64,000 nt of DNA from an uncultured delta proteobacterium (lineage in GTDB: Bacteria; Myxococcota; UBA727; VGSZ01), in NCBI GenBank assembly GCA_963775425.1, contig CAVZJB010000016.1, positions 160,001 through 224,000 of the forward strand, read 5' to 3'. Every line of letters begins with the position of its first letter. The first letter of the stretch is position 1. Positions 41,164-50,084 of this stretch are shown here, piece after piece. Position numbers and translations under genes: made by a program. The notes below the pieces were generated by a model that searched no databases, was not told the DNA's origin, and saw only the letters and a program-made list of their open reading frames with translations.

Positions 41164-41916
41164 GTGCTCCTGCCGGTGCTCCTGTCGCTCGCCGCGTTCC
41201 CGTTGCCGCACAGCCCCGGCGACGGCGTCGTCCGCCTGCGCTCGGACACCTTCGCCGCCGGCTGGGCCTACGACGACGACGGCAACCTCGTCGACGACCC
41301 CGGCTTCACCACCGAGACCGTGAGCGCCTCCGCCGAGGTCGGCGTCGCCCCGCACCTCACGCTCGACGCCACCCTGCCGCTCGTGTTCGTCCCCGAGCCC
41401 TCGGGCGGCGACTTCGACGTCGGCGGCCTCTTCACGCTCCTCGAGGCCCCCATCGACCTCGCCGTCTCCCTCGACGTCAAGGCACCCTTGTACGAAGGCG
41501 TCCCGTCCGTCCGCGGCCGCACCCCCGCCGGCAAGCCCGCCGTCGGCGACGGCCAGACCGACATCACCACCGCCGCCGTCCTCGTCGCGCGCCTGCCGTT
41601 CGACGGCGCCATGGACCTCTACGCGGGCTACCGCTTCCGCGGCGGCGACGTCACCGACGCCGTCGTCGGCGGCGGCCGCGTCGGGATCTGGGCCTTCGAC
41701 CGCCGCTTCTTCCTGAGCGTGCTCCTCGACACCGTCATCACCTTCGCCGCCCGCCCCGACGAGGTCACCGGCCGCGGCTACGCCGCCTTCGGCCCCAAGC
41801 TCAGCGTGCGCGTCATCGACCGCGCCTTCCTCGACGTCTCCGCGCTCTACGTCGGCCGCGGCACCAACAGCGCCGGCGGCGCGGCGCTCGGCTTCGGGGC
41901 GTCCCTGCAGTTCTAG
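41164..41916 (+). CDS. Putative outer-membrane beta-barrel protein
   Basis: Signal-like start, amphipathic strands, GDGQTD loop, terminal GASLQF. Confidence 0.6.
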   Translation: MLLPVLLSLAAFPLPHSPGDGVVRLRSDTFAAGWAYDDDGNLVDDPGFTTETVSASAEVGVAPHLTLDATLPLVFVPEPSGGDFDVGGLFTLLEAPIDLAVSLDVKAPLYEGVPSVRGRTPAGKPAVGDGQTDITTAAVLVARLPFDGAMDLYAGYRFRGGDVTDAVVGGGRVGIWAFDRRFFLSVLLDTVITFAARPDEVTGRGYAAFGPKLSVRVIDRAFLDVSALYVGRGTNSAGGAALGFGASLQF

Positions 41917-41952
41917 GTGTGACGCTTTGGAGCGGACCGCTCGCCCATCACG

Positions 41953-42531
41953 CTAGGGCCCGGCGAGGCGGCCAAGGTCGAAGGTCGCCCCGATGAAGAA
42001 CGCGGTCTGCAGCGGGAAGTCCACGGGGCTGCCGTCCGCGAAGGCCGGCTGGCCGGGCAGCGACAGGCCCTTCGGCCCGTAGAGGACCAGGGGCAGGGCG
42101 ACACGCGCCTCGAGGCCGGCGAAGTCGGCGACGGGCAGCCGCAGGCCGAGGCTGGCGAGGGCGCCGGCGCGCAGCTCGGGGGGCCCGCCGGCGACGGAGA
42201 CGCCGGCGAGGGGGCCGACGGCGGCGAGCGCCTGGACGTCGGTGTCGTCGAACGAATAGACCAACGACAGCGCGCCGGCGAACAGCCCGAGCGGGCTCGG
42301 GGCGGCGTCCAATCCGCCGAAGCCCAGCAGCAGGCCCTCCGGCCGCAGCGCGAACGGGCCGGGCAGGGGGATGTCCAGGTAGGCGGCCGCGGCCGCGCCG
42401 TGGTTTCGGCCGTCCGGCTGGCTGCGGAACGCGTAGCCGGCGTCCACGCCGGGCGTCCACACGGCGGCCCGGGCCGGCGCCGCCGGCAGGGTGACGGCGA
42501 CGGCGACGACGGCGACGGCGGCCGCGTTGAC
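41953..42531 (-). CDS. Putative outer-membrane beta-barrel protein; start codon not identifiable
   Basis: Signal-like AVAVVAVAVTLPAAPARA followed by beta strands ending IGATFDL; 5' coordinate approximate. Confidence 0.5.
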   Translation of the reverse strand, partial: VNAAAVAVVAVAVTLPAAPARAAVWTPGVDAGYAFRSQPDGRNHGAAAAAYLDIPLPGPFALRPEGLLLGFGGLDAAPSPLGLFAGALSLVYSFDDTDVQALAAVGPLAGVSVAGGPPELRAGALASLGLRLPVADFAGLEARVALPLVLYGPKGLSLPGQPAFADGSPVDFPLQTAFFIGATFDLGRLAGP

Positions 42532-42555
42532 CGCCCCGTGAAAGCGGCTTAAGCG
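42527..42555 (+). promoter_or_regulatory. Putative leaderless sigma70 promoter
   Basis: TTGACC-N17-TAAGCG-N6-ATG(42562). Confidence 0.5.
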
Positions 42556-42561
42556 GCGCGC

Positions 42562-43428
42562 ATGGCCAAGAAGATCAAGCGGAAACAGGAACAGACTCCG
42601 GAGGAGAAGGCGAAGGCCGCCGAAGAGGCGGCGCGCTCCGCCGCCGGAATCCAGGACGAGTTCCAGGCGCGCGGCTTCGAGCTCGTGGAATGGATTCATG
42701 AGAAGCAGGCCTACGTCCTCGGCTTCATCGCGCTCGTCATCGCCGGAGGCCTCGCGTACGGCGTGTACACCGTGGTGTCCGCCCACCGCAACAGCACGGC
42801 GTCGGACGCGCTCCACGAGGGGCTCGAGGCGTACGAGGCGCCCATCGGCGACGAGAAGCCCGAGGGCGACGGCCCGCACTTCGCCGACGCCACCGCGCGC
42901 GAGAAGGCAGCGCTCGCCGACTTCGAAAAGACCGCCAAGGAGCACGCGGGCACGGGCGCCGCGAGCATCGCGCACCTGTACGCCGGCCACACGGCCTTGA
43001 AGCTCGGCGAGTACGACGCCGCGGTCGCGCAGTACCAGGCGTACCTCGACGCCACGAGCAAGGACGACCCGCTGCGCTTCGCGGGGCTGTCGGGCATCGC
43101 GGCCGCCCTCGACGGCAAAGGCGATCACAAGGGCGCCATCGCCAAGCTCGAGGAGCTCGTGGCGCTGCCCGACAAGATCGACGAGGACGCCGCGCTCCTC
43201 GAGCTCGGCCGCCTCTACAAGCAGGACGGCAACACCGACGCGGCGCGCACGTCGCTCGAGCGCCTCGACAAGGACTTCCCGGACTCGTCGCTGAAGAGCC
43301 GCGCCGACAATCTTCTGGCCTCGCTGCCGCCGGCGGCGGCCAAGCCCGACGACGACAAGAAGGCCGCGGGCGACGACAAGAAGGCCGGCGACGACAAGAA
43401 GGCCGGCGACGACGGCGCCGCGCCGTGA
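42562..43428 (+). CDS. YfgM-like membrane-anchored TPR protein
   Basis: DEFQ..WI, TM helix, TPR helices; directly upstream of a BamB-like gene. Confidence 0.8.
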   Translation: MAKKIKRKQEQTPEEKAKAAEEAARSAAGIQDEFQARGFELVEWIHEKQAYVLGFIALVIAGGLAYGVYTVVSAHRNSTASDALHEGLEAYEAPIGDEKPEGDGPHFADATAREKAALADFEKTAKEHAGTGAASIAHLYAGHTALKLGEYDAAVAQYQAYLDATSKDDPLRFAGLSGIAAALDGKGDHKGAIAKLEELVALPDKIDEDAALLELGRLYKQDGNTDAARTSLERLDKDFPDSSLKSRADNLLASLPPAAAKPDDDKKAAGDDKKAGDDKKAGDDGAAP

Positions 43429-44618
43429 GCCGGGCGAAGGGGTTGGCGCTCCTCGCGGGCGTCGCTCTCCTGTGCGGCGCCGCGTCGCCCGAGGCGCGAC
43501 AGGTCTACGCCAAGATCTGGCGCGCGCAGGTGGTGCAGGGGTACCCGTGCTTCCTGTCGGCGTTCCTGCCGCCGTCGGACAACGAGCACTGCATCTCGTG
43601 GACGCGCCGGGAGACGGCGGGCCCCGCGTTCCACCCGGAGACCGGCGTCGTCGTCGTCGGCGGCAGCGACAAGATGCTTCACGCCCTCGACGCCCATGAC
43701 GGATCGCTCATGTGGAGGGTGCCCACGCCGGGCGCGGTCGTCTCGCAGCCGACGCTGTTCGACGACGGCGTCTTCTTCGGCACGGACGACGGCCACGTCG
43801 TACGCGCGGACGTCACGTCGGGCCGCACGCGCTGGGACGTCGTCGTGGACGCCGAGGTCGACGAGCCGCCGGTCATCGACGACGACCTCGTCCTCGTCGT
43901 CACGGGCGCCGACACGCTGTACGCGCTGCAGCGAAAGACCGGCGAGGCCGCGTGGTCCTACAAGCACCCGCTGCCGCAGGGCATCACGCTGCGCGGCCAG
44001 TCCAAGCCGCTCGTCACCGTGGTGCCGACGTCGGACGGCCCCAAGCGCCGCGTGTTCGTCGGGCACGCCAGCGGACGCTTGACCATCCTCGACAGGGACA
44101 CCGGCACCGTCGTCGACGAGCTCAACATCTCCGGCGACGCGCCCTTCGGCGACCTGGACGCCGACCCCTTCGTGCAAAACGGTCACCTCGTCGTCGCCTC
44201 CAACACCCGCGGCGTCCTCGCGCTCGATCTGCAGTCGGGCGCGGAGCTGTGGCGGCAACCGGAGACGGGCATCGTCCGGCTCGCGCGCGGCGGAAACCAC
44301 ATGATCGTGGCCGCCGGCGCCAAGAAGGTGCTCGGCCTCGACGCGCGCTCCGGCGCCATCCGCTGGCGCTTCACGTTCGACCGCGGCGCGCCCACGCGCA
44401 TCGTGGTGAAGGGCGGGCGCGCGCACGTCGGCAGCGACCGCGGCTCGCTGTACATCCTCGACTTGTTCTCGGGCCGTCCGCTCCAGTACGTCGGCTCCGG
44501 CGTCGGCTTCGCCGCCGATCCGTTCCTCTGGAACGATATGCTCTTCGCCACGACCACCGCGGGGGACGTGATCGCCATGAGCAACGCCTTCCGCGGTTTG
44601 GTGCAAGACCGGCACTGA
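43425..44618 (+). CDS. PQQ-like beta-propeller protein (BamB-like)
   Basis: Repeats ALDAHDGSLMW, ADVTSGRTRW, ALQRKTGEAAW, ALDLQSGAELW, GLDARSGAIRW. Confidence 0.85.
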   Translation: MSRAKGLALLAGVALLCGAASPEARQVYAKIWRAQVVQGYPCFLSAFLPPSDNEHCISWTRRETAGPAFHPETGVVVVGGSDKMLHALDAHDGSLMWRVPTPGAVVSQPTLFDDGVFFGTDDGHVVRADVTSGRTRWDVVVDAEVDEPPVIDDDLVLVVTGADTLYALQRKTGEAAWSYKHPLPQGITLRGQSKPLVTVVPTSDGPKRRVFVGHASGRLTILDRDTGTVVDELNISGDAPFGDLDADPFVQNGHLVVASNTRGVLALDLQSGAELWRQPETGIVRLARGGNHMIVAAGAKKVLGLDARSGAIRWRFTFDRGAPTRIVVKGGRAHVGSDRGSLYILDLFSGRPLQYVGSGVGFAADPFLWNDMLFATTTAGDVIAMSNAFRGLVQDRH

Positions 44619-44631
44619 CCGAGGAGCCCGT

Positions 44632-45063
44632 GTGACGGGAGCGCCGCGTTCAAAGAAGCACATCCGGGTCGTCGCGGCGCTCATCCGCCAGGGCGGCAAG
44701 GTGCTCCTGACGCAGCGAAAGCCCGGGAAGCACCTGGGGCTGTCCTGGGAGTTTCCGGGCGGCAAGGTCGAGGCCGGCGAGACCGACGACGAGGCCTTGC
44801 GCCGCGAGATGCGCGAAGAGCTCGGGGTGGTGGTGACCGTCGGCTCGCGCTGCTTCGAGACCCGGCACCAGTACGGCGCCCGTGAGATGCACCTGTTGGT
44901 GTACCGCTGCCGGCTGATCGAAGGGGTCCCGCAGGCGCTCGACGTCCACAACTGGGAGTGGGTCGAGGAGCGCCGCATCCAGGAGCGCGAGTTCCTGCCG
45001 GCGGACATGCCGCTCGTCCACGGGCTGGCGCACGGGCTGATTGGCGACGACCCGCCCGCCTAG
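44632..45063 (+). CDS. MutT/NudG-like Nudix hydrolase
   Basis: WEFPGGKVEAGETDDEALRREMREELG Nudix box; FLPAD. Confidence 0.92.
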   Translation: MTGAPRSKKHIRVVAALIRQGGKVLLTQRKPGKHLGLSWEFPGGKVEAGETDDEALRREMREELGVVVTVGSRCFETRHQYGAREMHLLVYRCRLIEGVPQALDVHNWEWVEERRIQEREFLPADMPLVHGLAHGLIGDDPPA

Positions 45064-45151
45064 CCCGCTGCACCCCTCGAACCCGGCACCGCGCCCGACT
45101 GCGCTGCACACCCGCGAACCCGGCACCCGCGCCCGCTGCACCCCCCGAACC
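45064..45151 (+). repeat. About 2.7 copies of an imperfect 30-38 bp direct repeat
   Basis: gctgcac(c/a)ccc..cgaacc occurs three times, twice followed by cggcacc(c)gcgcccg. Confidence 0.7.
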
Positions 45152-45155
45152 ACCA

Positions 45156-45183
45156 AGTTAACATAAGATGCATTATCGAACAT
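45156..45183 (-). other. dif-like XerC/XerD recombination site
   Basis: Minus strand ATGTTCGATAA-TGCATC-TTATGTTAACT: 11-6-11 layout; XerD arm differs from E. coli TTATGTTAAAT by one base; AT-rich island between convergent genes. Confidence 0.85.
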
Positions 45184-45283
45184 TCACGCCGCATGAGACC
45201 GACCGACCCAGCGCGGGCTCAGGTCAGCCGCGTGCGGGCTCGGGCCGGCCCCGGGGTCAGCGGGGGTCAGACGAGCGCGAGCG

Positions 45284-45670
45284 TCAGCGGCCCATGCGGT
45301 GGCACTTGATGCACTCGGTCTTCGGCGGGTGGTGGCGGCCGCGGCACGGGGCGGCGCCGGGAACCGGCGGGTCCGAGCACACGGCGTGGCACGAGATGCA
45401 CCCGCTGTTGATGTGCTCCTCCACGGCCTTCTTGTCGTAGACGAAGCCCGGCGTGCTCGCCGGCGCCGCCAGGTCGACGGCCGGGTCCGTCTCCACGCCG
45501 ATGAGCTCGTTTTTCAGGTTGAAGCGCAGCGTGTGCGGCGCGGTGCCCTTGGGCATGTCCGGCGGGTGCCCCTGGGCCCCGAGGATGATGAACGTCGTGA
45601 GCACGCCGCCCATGACGACGAAGAACACGATGCTGGCGATGGCCTTTCGGCTCAGAACAGTCCGGCTCAA
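45284..45670 (-). CDS. Small membrane-anchored diheme c-type cytochrome
   Basis: TM helix; PPDMP..PH; CISCH and CIKCH; 4-bp overlap with upstream gene. Confidence 0.75.
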   Translation of the reverse strand: MSRTVLSRKAIASIVFFVVMGGVLTTFIILGAQGHPPDMPKGTAPHTLRFNLKNELIGVETDPAVDLAAPASTPGFVYDKKAVEEHINSGCISCHAVCSDPPVPGAAPCRGRHHPPKTECIKCHRMGR

Positions 45671-46827
45671 AACGGCGACCCCTCGACGAAAGCGTCGGTG
45701 TGTTGCAGGCCCGCCAACGCGCCGCGCACGGTGACTGTTCCCGCGACCCAGCTCTGACCGAGCGCGGGGTTGACCGCAACCGGTCCGAACCAGCCGACGT
45801 GCTCCCCATTGAACGAGACCCGCACCATGGCGGTCATCGGCGGCCCCGCGGCCCCCGGCACCACGGCCACCCGCACGACGTCGCCGTCGCGGGTGTCCAC
45901 GCGCAACGCCTCGTCGCCGCGCACCGCCGGCGCGCGGCTCTGAAACAGCGGCTCACAGCCCGCCGCAGGGTCCGCGAACGAGCACAGCACCGGCTCCTCG
46001 CGGTCGAGCTCGACGGCGAGATGGAGCTGCCCCGGGTCCGGCCCCGAAAACGCCAGGCCGAGCTCGAGGCCGGCGCCGTCGTCGCCGGTGCCGACGACGC
46101 CGAAGCCGCAGCGGTGGGCGACGCCGTCGGCGTCGGCGAGGTCGAGCCACACGATCTCCGCGCCGTGCACCAGCGGCACCGCCACGTCGCTCACGCTGGT
46201 CACGCCGTTTCCCACCAGCACGTGCGGCGACGGCAGCCCGACCACCGGCTCCGTGAACACGAACGCCCGCGCCGCCGGCCTGTCGAACGTCGCCGACATC
46301 GGCAGCGTCAACAGCCGGCCCGCGTCCGCCTCGTGGTCCGCGGCGATGGTCGCGCCCTCGTACGCGTTCGGCGGCCCGTGGAGCTCCTCCTCGATGGAGT
46401 GCAGGCCGCCCGCCGACGTGAGCGAAGCGGCGATGTGGAAGTCCTGCCCGACGGCGCGCAGCCCCGGGATGGTCACCTGCGACGTCACGGACTCCCCGGG
46501 CCCCTTGCCCTGGACCTCCACGTCGTGCGGCAGGAACGGCGCGCACGGATCGCCGGGGTGGTTCACGGCGCGATCGACGTGGACGGTGGCGCTCGGCCCG
46601 GCGAACGTGACCTCGACGACTGCGGTGAACACGTCGTCGACGCTGTCGCCGGGCTGCGGCGACACCCACCGGATCTGGCCCGCCTGGCTCGTGACGCACA
46701 GCCCGTCGGCGCTGCAGTCGAAGCCCACGTTGCAGTCCCGGTTGTGCGAGCACTCGGGCCGGCACCCCCCGGCGACGGCGGCGGCGGCGAGCCCGGCGGC
46801 GACGACGACGGCGCGCGCGCGCGTCAT
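45667..46827 (-). CDS. Hypothetical lipoprotein with N-terminal Cys-rich repeat
   Basis: Lipobox AGGC; CSHNRDCNVGFDCSADGLC; Ig-like WVSPQPGDSV; ATGA overlap. Confidence 0.7.
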   Translation of the reverse strand: MTRARAVVVAAGLAAAAVAGGCRPECSHNRDCNVGFDCSADGLCVTSQAGQIRWVSPQPGDSVDDVFTAVVEVTFAGPSATVHVDRAVNHPGDPCAPFLPHDVEVQGKGPGESVTSQVTIPGLRAVGQDFHIAASLTSAGGLHSIEEELHGPPNAYEGATIAADHEADAGRLLTLPMSATFDRPAARAFVFTEPVVGLPSPHVLVGNGVTSVSDVAVPLVHGAEIVWLDLADADGVAHRCGFGVVGTGDDGAGLELGLAFSGPDPGQLHLAVELDREEPVLCSFADPAAGCEPLFQSRAPAVRGDEALRVDTRDGDVVRVAVVPGAAGPPMTAMVRVSFNGEHVGWFGPVAVNPALGQSWVAGTVTVRGALAGLQHTDAFVEGSPF

Positions 46828-49655
46828 GTCCCGCACCCCGCCCGGTACGTGACGGCGACGTCGGCGCCGGCCGGCGGGTCGTCGTCGAGGAACACGTCGC
46901 GGCCGTCGACCGTGAAGCTCACCGGGGCGCCGTTCACCGTCACCGTCACCGTCGAAGGATCGGGATCGGCGCCCACGCGGAAGCGCCGCTGCAGGCCGAA
47001 GGTCGCCTGCCCGACCTGCGACAGTTGCGTGCCCCAGGCGTCGTCCTGGATGTTCAGCACGACGCCCGCGAACGCCGACGCCACGGCCTCGTAGCGCGGC
47101 GAGAACGCCGGCGTGACCACCACCGACACGAGCACCGGCGTGTTGTCGAGGTTTCCGCCCTTGAGCCCGCCGAGGAGCTCTATGTAGCTGTCGACGGGCC
47201 GGACCAGGCTCGCGTCGAAGCCCGCGAGGGATTCGTCGCCGCCGTTGTCGTCCTCGTCGGACACGATGACCACCGAGAGCGCGGCGTTGCCGCGCAAAAA
47301 GCCGGCGTTGTCCGTGTCTGCGAAGTCGGACAGCGCCCGCCTCATGGCCTCCAGGCCGAGCTCGATGCCCGCGCCGTCGACGCCCACGCGCGCCTGGTCG
47401 GCGAAGGTGGCCGAGACGTTGTGGCTGTTGCGCGTGAGGAACGGGCCGACCTCGGGCCCGCCGGTGCCGTTGATGACGTCGGTGGTGGTGACGGCGATGT
47501 GGAAGTCGACGCTGCCGGCGAACGCGGAGTCGATGAAGGTGTCGAAGTTTTGCGCGAGCCGATCCTGGTCGTCGGCCATGGAGCCCGAGTTGTCGACGAC
47601 GAACAGCACGTCCACCGCCTGCACGTCGGCGGCCGTGAAGTGCTCGGTGATGTCCTCGCCTTGCGGCACCACCGTGAGCTCCACGCGCACCGCGGCCTCG
47701 ACGATGTCGGTGACGGCCTGCACGGCGGCGTCGTACACGCCCGGGGCCGCGGCAAAGGACGACACCCCGACGCTCACGGAGCCGCCCGCCACCACCGAAG
47801 CCGGCAGGTGCCCCACGCCGAGCGCGAACGGCGCCGCCGGGTCGTCGAGCACGATGTCGTTGACGACGACGGTGTCGCTGCCCGCGTTCACGAACGTGGC
47901 GGTGCGATCGGCGGCGGTGCACCCCTCGACGACGGGGCCTATCGACAGGAGCGCCGGCTCGCCCACGAGCGTGCCGGTCACCCCGCGCGCCGTGGCCGAC
48001 ACCAGGAGCGGGCCGGGCGTCCCCGCGTAGGTCACCGAGGCGAACGCGCTGCGCTGGCCCTCCTCGGCGGCGTGGTACGCGAACGAGATGGGCGCGCTCC
48101 GGCCCGGGTCGATGGTGCGCGCGTTGACGGCGGAGAACGAGAAGCCGGGATCGAAGGCGAAGCCGGGCGCGCGGCCGGCGTCGTCGAGGACGCAGGGCGC
48201 GTCGCCGATGTTCTGCACCACGACGCTGCCGGTGGCCCCCTGCCCGATCTTGATGGAGCCGAGCGCCGCGTTGGGCGCGGGCGCGCGAGGCTGGCAGCCG
48301 GTGGTCCCCGACAGGAAGGACATGGGCAGCGTGACGTCGTCGAGGCCGGCGGCCGAGGCCACCACCCGCCCCGCGGCGCCGCCCGCGTCGGCGTCGGCGG
48401 GGGCGGCGGTGGCGCGCACGGTGAACAGGAGGCTCTCCCCAGGCAAGAGCGGCCCCGTGGGCGGCGCCGCCAGATCGAAGGCGAAGGCCTGGCCCACCAC
48501 GGTCACCGCGCCGACGTCGGCGGCGACGGTGCCGACGGAGCGAACGACGACGTCGAGCGTGCGGCTGTCGCCCGGATCGAGCACCCCGAAATTGGCGACC
48601 TGCGGCAACAGCTCGATGGCGGGGCCGTCGCTCGAGCCCTCGATCGGCACGAGCACGTCGCTCGAGACGGGGTCGTTGCTGCGCACGCGGAGCGTGGACT
48701 CGAGCGCGCCGAGGGCGTGCGCGGGCGCGTAGCGGAGCGTGAGCGTGGCGACGCCGCGCTCGTGGATGACGACCGGGAGCGTGACGTCCTCGGCGGAGAG
48801 CTGGTCGCCGTGGGCCGTGAGCAGATCGACGCTGGTGATGACGAGATCGCCGACGCCGCTGTTGCGCGCGGCCAGGACCACCGTGCCGGTGTCGCCGACG
48901 GCGACGGCGCCGAAGTCCGCGGTGCGTGGCTCGATGTCGAGCCGCGGCGCGGTGCCGAGGCCGGAGAGCGCGACCTCCGGGCCACAGTCCGGACCGCAGA
49001 TCTCGAGCACGGCGCGGCCGGAGAAGCTGCCGCCGTGGGCGGGCGCGAAGGTGACGGGCACCGAGACGGCGGCGCCGGGCTCGACGCGGACGTCGACGCG
49101 GGTGGCACCGCCCGCGGCGAAGCCCTCGCCGCTGACGACCAGGGGCGCGTCGAGGGCGGCGTCGCCGGTGTTTTCGACGCGCACCGGGAGATTGGCCGAG
49201 CGCAGGGCGTCGATGGAGCCGAAGTCGAGCGCCGCCGGCGACACGACCACCTGGGCGGGGGCCGCGTGGCCGGTCAGGGGAACGGTGACGTCGCCGTCGG
49301 GCCCGTGGACCACGAGGCTGCCCTGGAGGTCGCCCTCCACCTGGGGCCGGAACACGACGTCCTCGCTGCAGAAGGCCCGGGGGGCCAGGGGCAGCGCGCA
49401 GGGCGCGGCCTCGAGGAAGCCGTCGCCGGACAGCTCCGGGGCGGCGTCGGGGGCGTACGGCCCGTTGCCGTCGTTGGCGATGGCCACGGCCCGGTGCGCG
49501 GCCGCGCCCACGGGCACCGAGCCGAAATCCACGGACCCGGGCGCGATGCGCAGGGTGACGACCACGGCGGACACCGGATCTTCGCCGCATCCCCCGGAGG
49601 CGAGGAGCGCCCCGGACACCAGAATCACGGGCGCGAAGCGCGCGGCGGGCCGCAT
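46824..49655 (-). CDS. Lipoprotein with repeated Ig-like (choice-of-anchor D/ASH-type) domains and C-terminal VWA domain
   Basis: Lipobox SGGC; repeats P..(L/V)DFG.V..N.G; VDVLFVVDNSGSM MIDAS; IAVTTTD; VIVSDEDD. Confidence 0.85.
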   Translation of the reverse strand: MRPAARFAPVILVSGALLASGGCGEDPVSAVVVTLRIAPGSVDFGSVPVGAAAHRAVAIANDGNGPYAPDAAPELSGDGFLEAAPCALPLAPRAFCSEDVVFRPQVEGDLQGSLVVHGPDGDVTVPLTGHAAPAQVVVSPAALDFGSIDALRSANLPVRVENTGDAALDAPLVVSGEGFAAGGATRVDVRVEPGAAVSVPVTFAPAHGGSFSGRAVLEICGPDCGPEVALSGLGTAPRLDIEPRTADFGAVAVGDTGTVVLAARNSGVGDLVITSVDLLTAHGDQLSAEDVTLPVVIHERGVATLTLRYAPAHALGALESTLRVRSNDPVSSDVLVPIEGSSDGPAIELLPQVANFGVLDPGDSRTLDVVVRSVGTVAADVGAVTVVGQAFAFDLAAPPTGPLLPGESLLFTVRATAAPADADAGGAAGRVVASAAGLDDVTLPMSFLSGTTGCQPRAPAPNAALGSIKIGQGATGSVVVQNIGDAPCVLDDAGRAPGFAFDPGFSFSAVNARTIDPGRSAPISFAYHAAEEGQRSAFASVTYAGTPGPLLVSATARGVTGTLVGEPALLSIGPVVEGCTAADRTATFVNAGSDTVVVNDIVLDDPAAPFALGVGHLPASVVAGGSVSVGVSSFAAAPGVYDAAVQAVTDIVEAAVRVELTVVPQGEDITEHFTAADVQAVDVLFVVDNSGSMADDQDRLAQNFDTFIDSAFAGSVDFHIAVTTTDVINGTGGPEVGPFLTRNSHNVSATFADQARVGVDGAGIELGLEAMRRALSDFADTDNAGFLRGNAALSVVIVSDEDDNGGDESLAGFDASLVRPVDSYIELLGGLKGGNLDNTPVLVSVVVTPAFSPRYEAVASAFAGVVLNIQDDAWGTQLSQVGQATFGLQRRFRVGADPDPSTVTVTVNGAPVSFTVDGRDVFLDDDPPAGADVAVTYRAGCGT

Positions 49656-49744
49656 TCGAGCATCGTACCACTCTGCCCACTTGCAGGTTGGGCCCCGATG
49701 GTGCTTTCGTCCCGCGACGGCGGGGACCGAGCGGGAGTGCGTCG

Positions 49745-50080
49745 ATGGAAGAGGTCGAGATTATCGGGACCTTCGACAGCGAGGAGACCGCGCGCGCCGT
49801 GGCCAAGGCGCTGAATGCGTTCTTCACGTGGCTGATGGAGGGCGACCGCGAAGGCGACGTGCCTCCGTTCTTCGACGACTTCGGTCTGTCCACGGAGGAC
49901 TACGTCATCGACGAGGGCGACATCGACTGGCCCGAGCCGCCGCGCGCGCGCGTGCGAGGACCCAAGGTTGCCATCGCGGCCGAGACCAGCCAGACCATCG
50001 ACACGCTGTCGGAGCTCATCGAGGCGCTCGGCGCGTTCGACGTGTACCAGGCAGACGACGAAGACGAAGACGAGGACTGA
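49745..50080 (+). CDS. Small acidic hypothetical protein
   Basis: GGGAG RBS; genome-typical codon usage; D/E-rich. Confidence 0.7.
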   Translation: MEEVEIIGTFDSEETARAVAKALNAFFTWLMEGDREGDVPPFFDDFGLSTEDYVIDEGDIDWPEPPRARVRGPKVAIAAETSQTIDTLSELIEALGAFDVYQADDEDEDED

Positions 50081-50084
50081 CACC

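Noticed and set aside
43345-43415. 18-bp repeats encoding AGDDKK at the end of the TPR gene
   Set aside because: Ordinary low-complexity C-terminal tail
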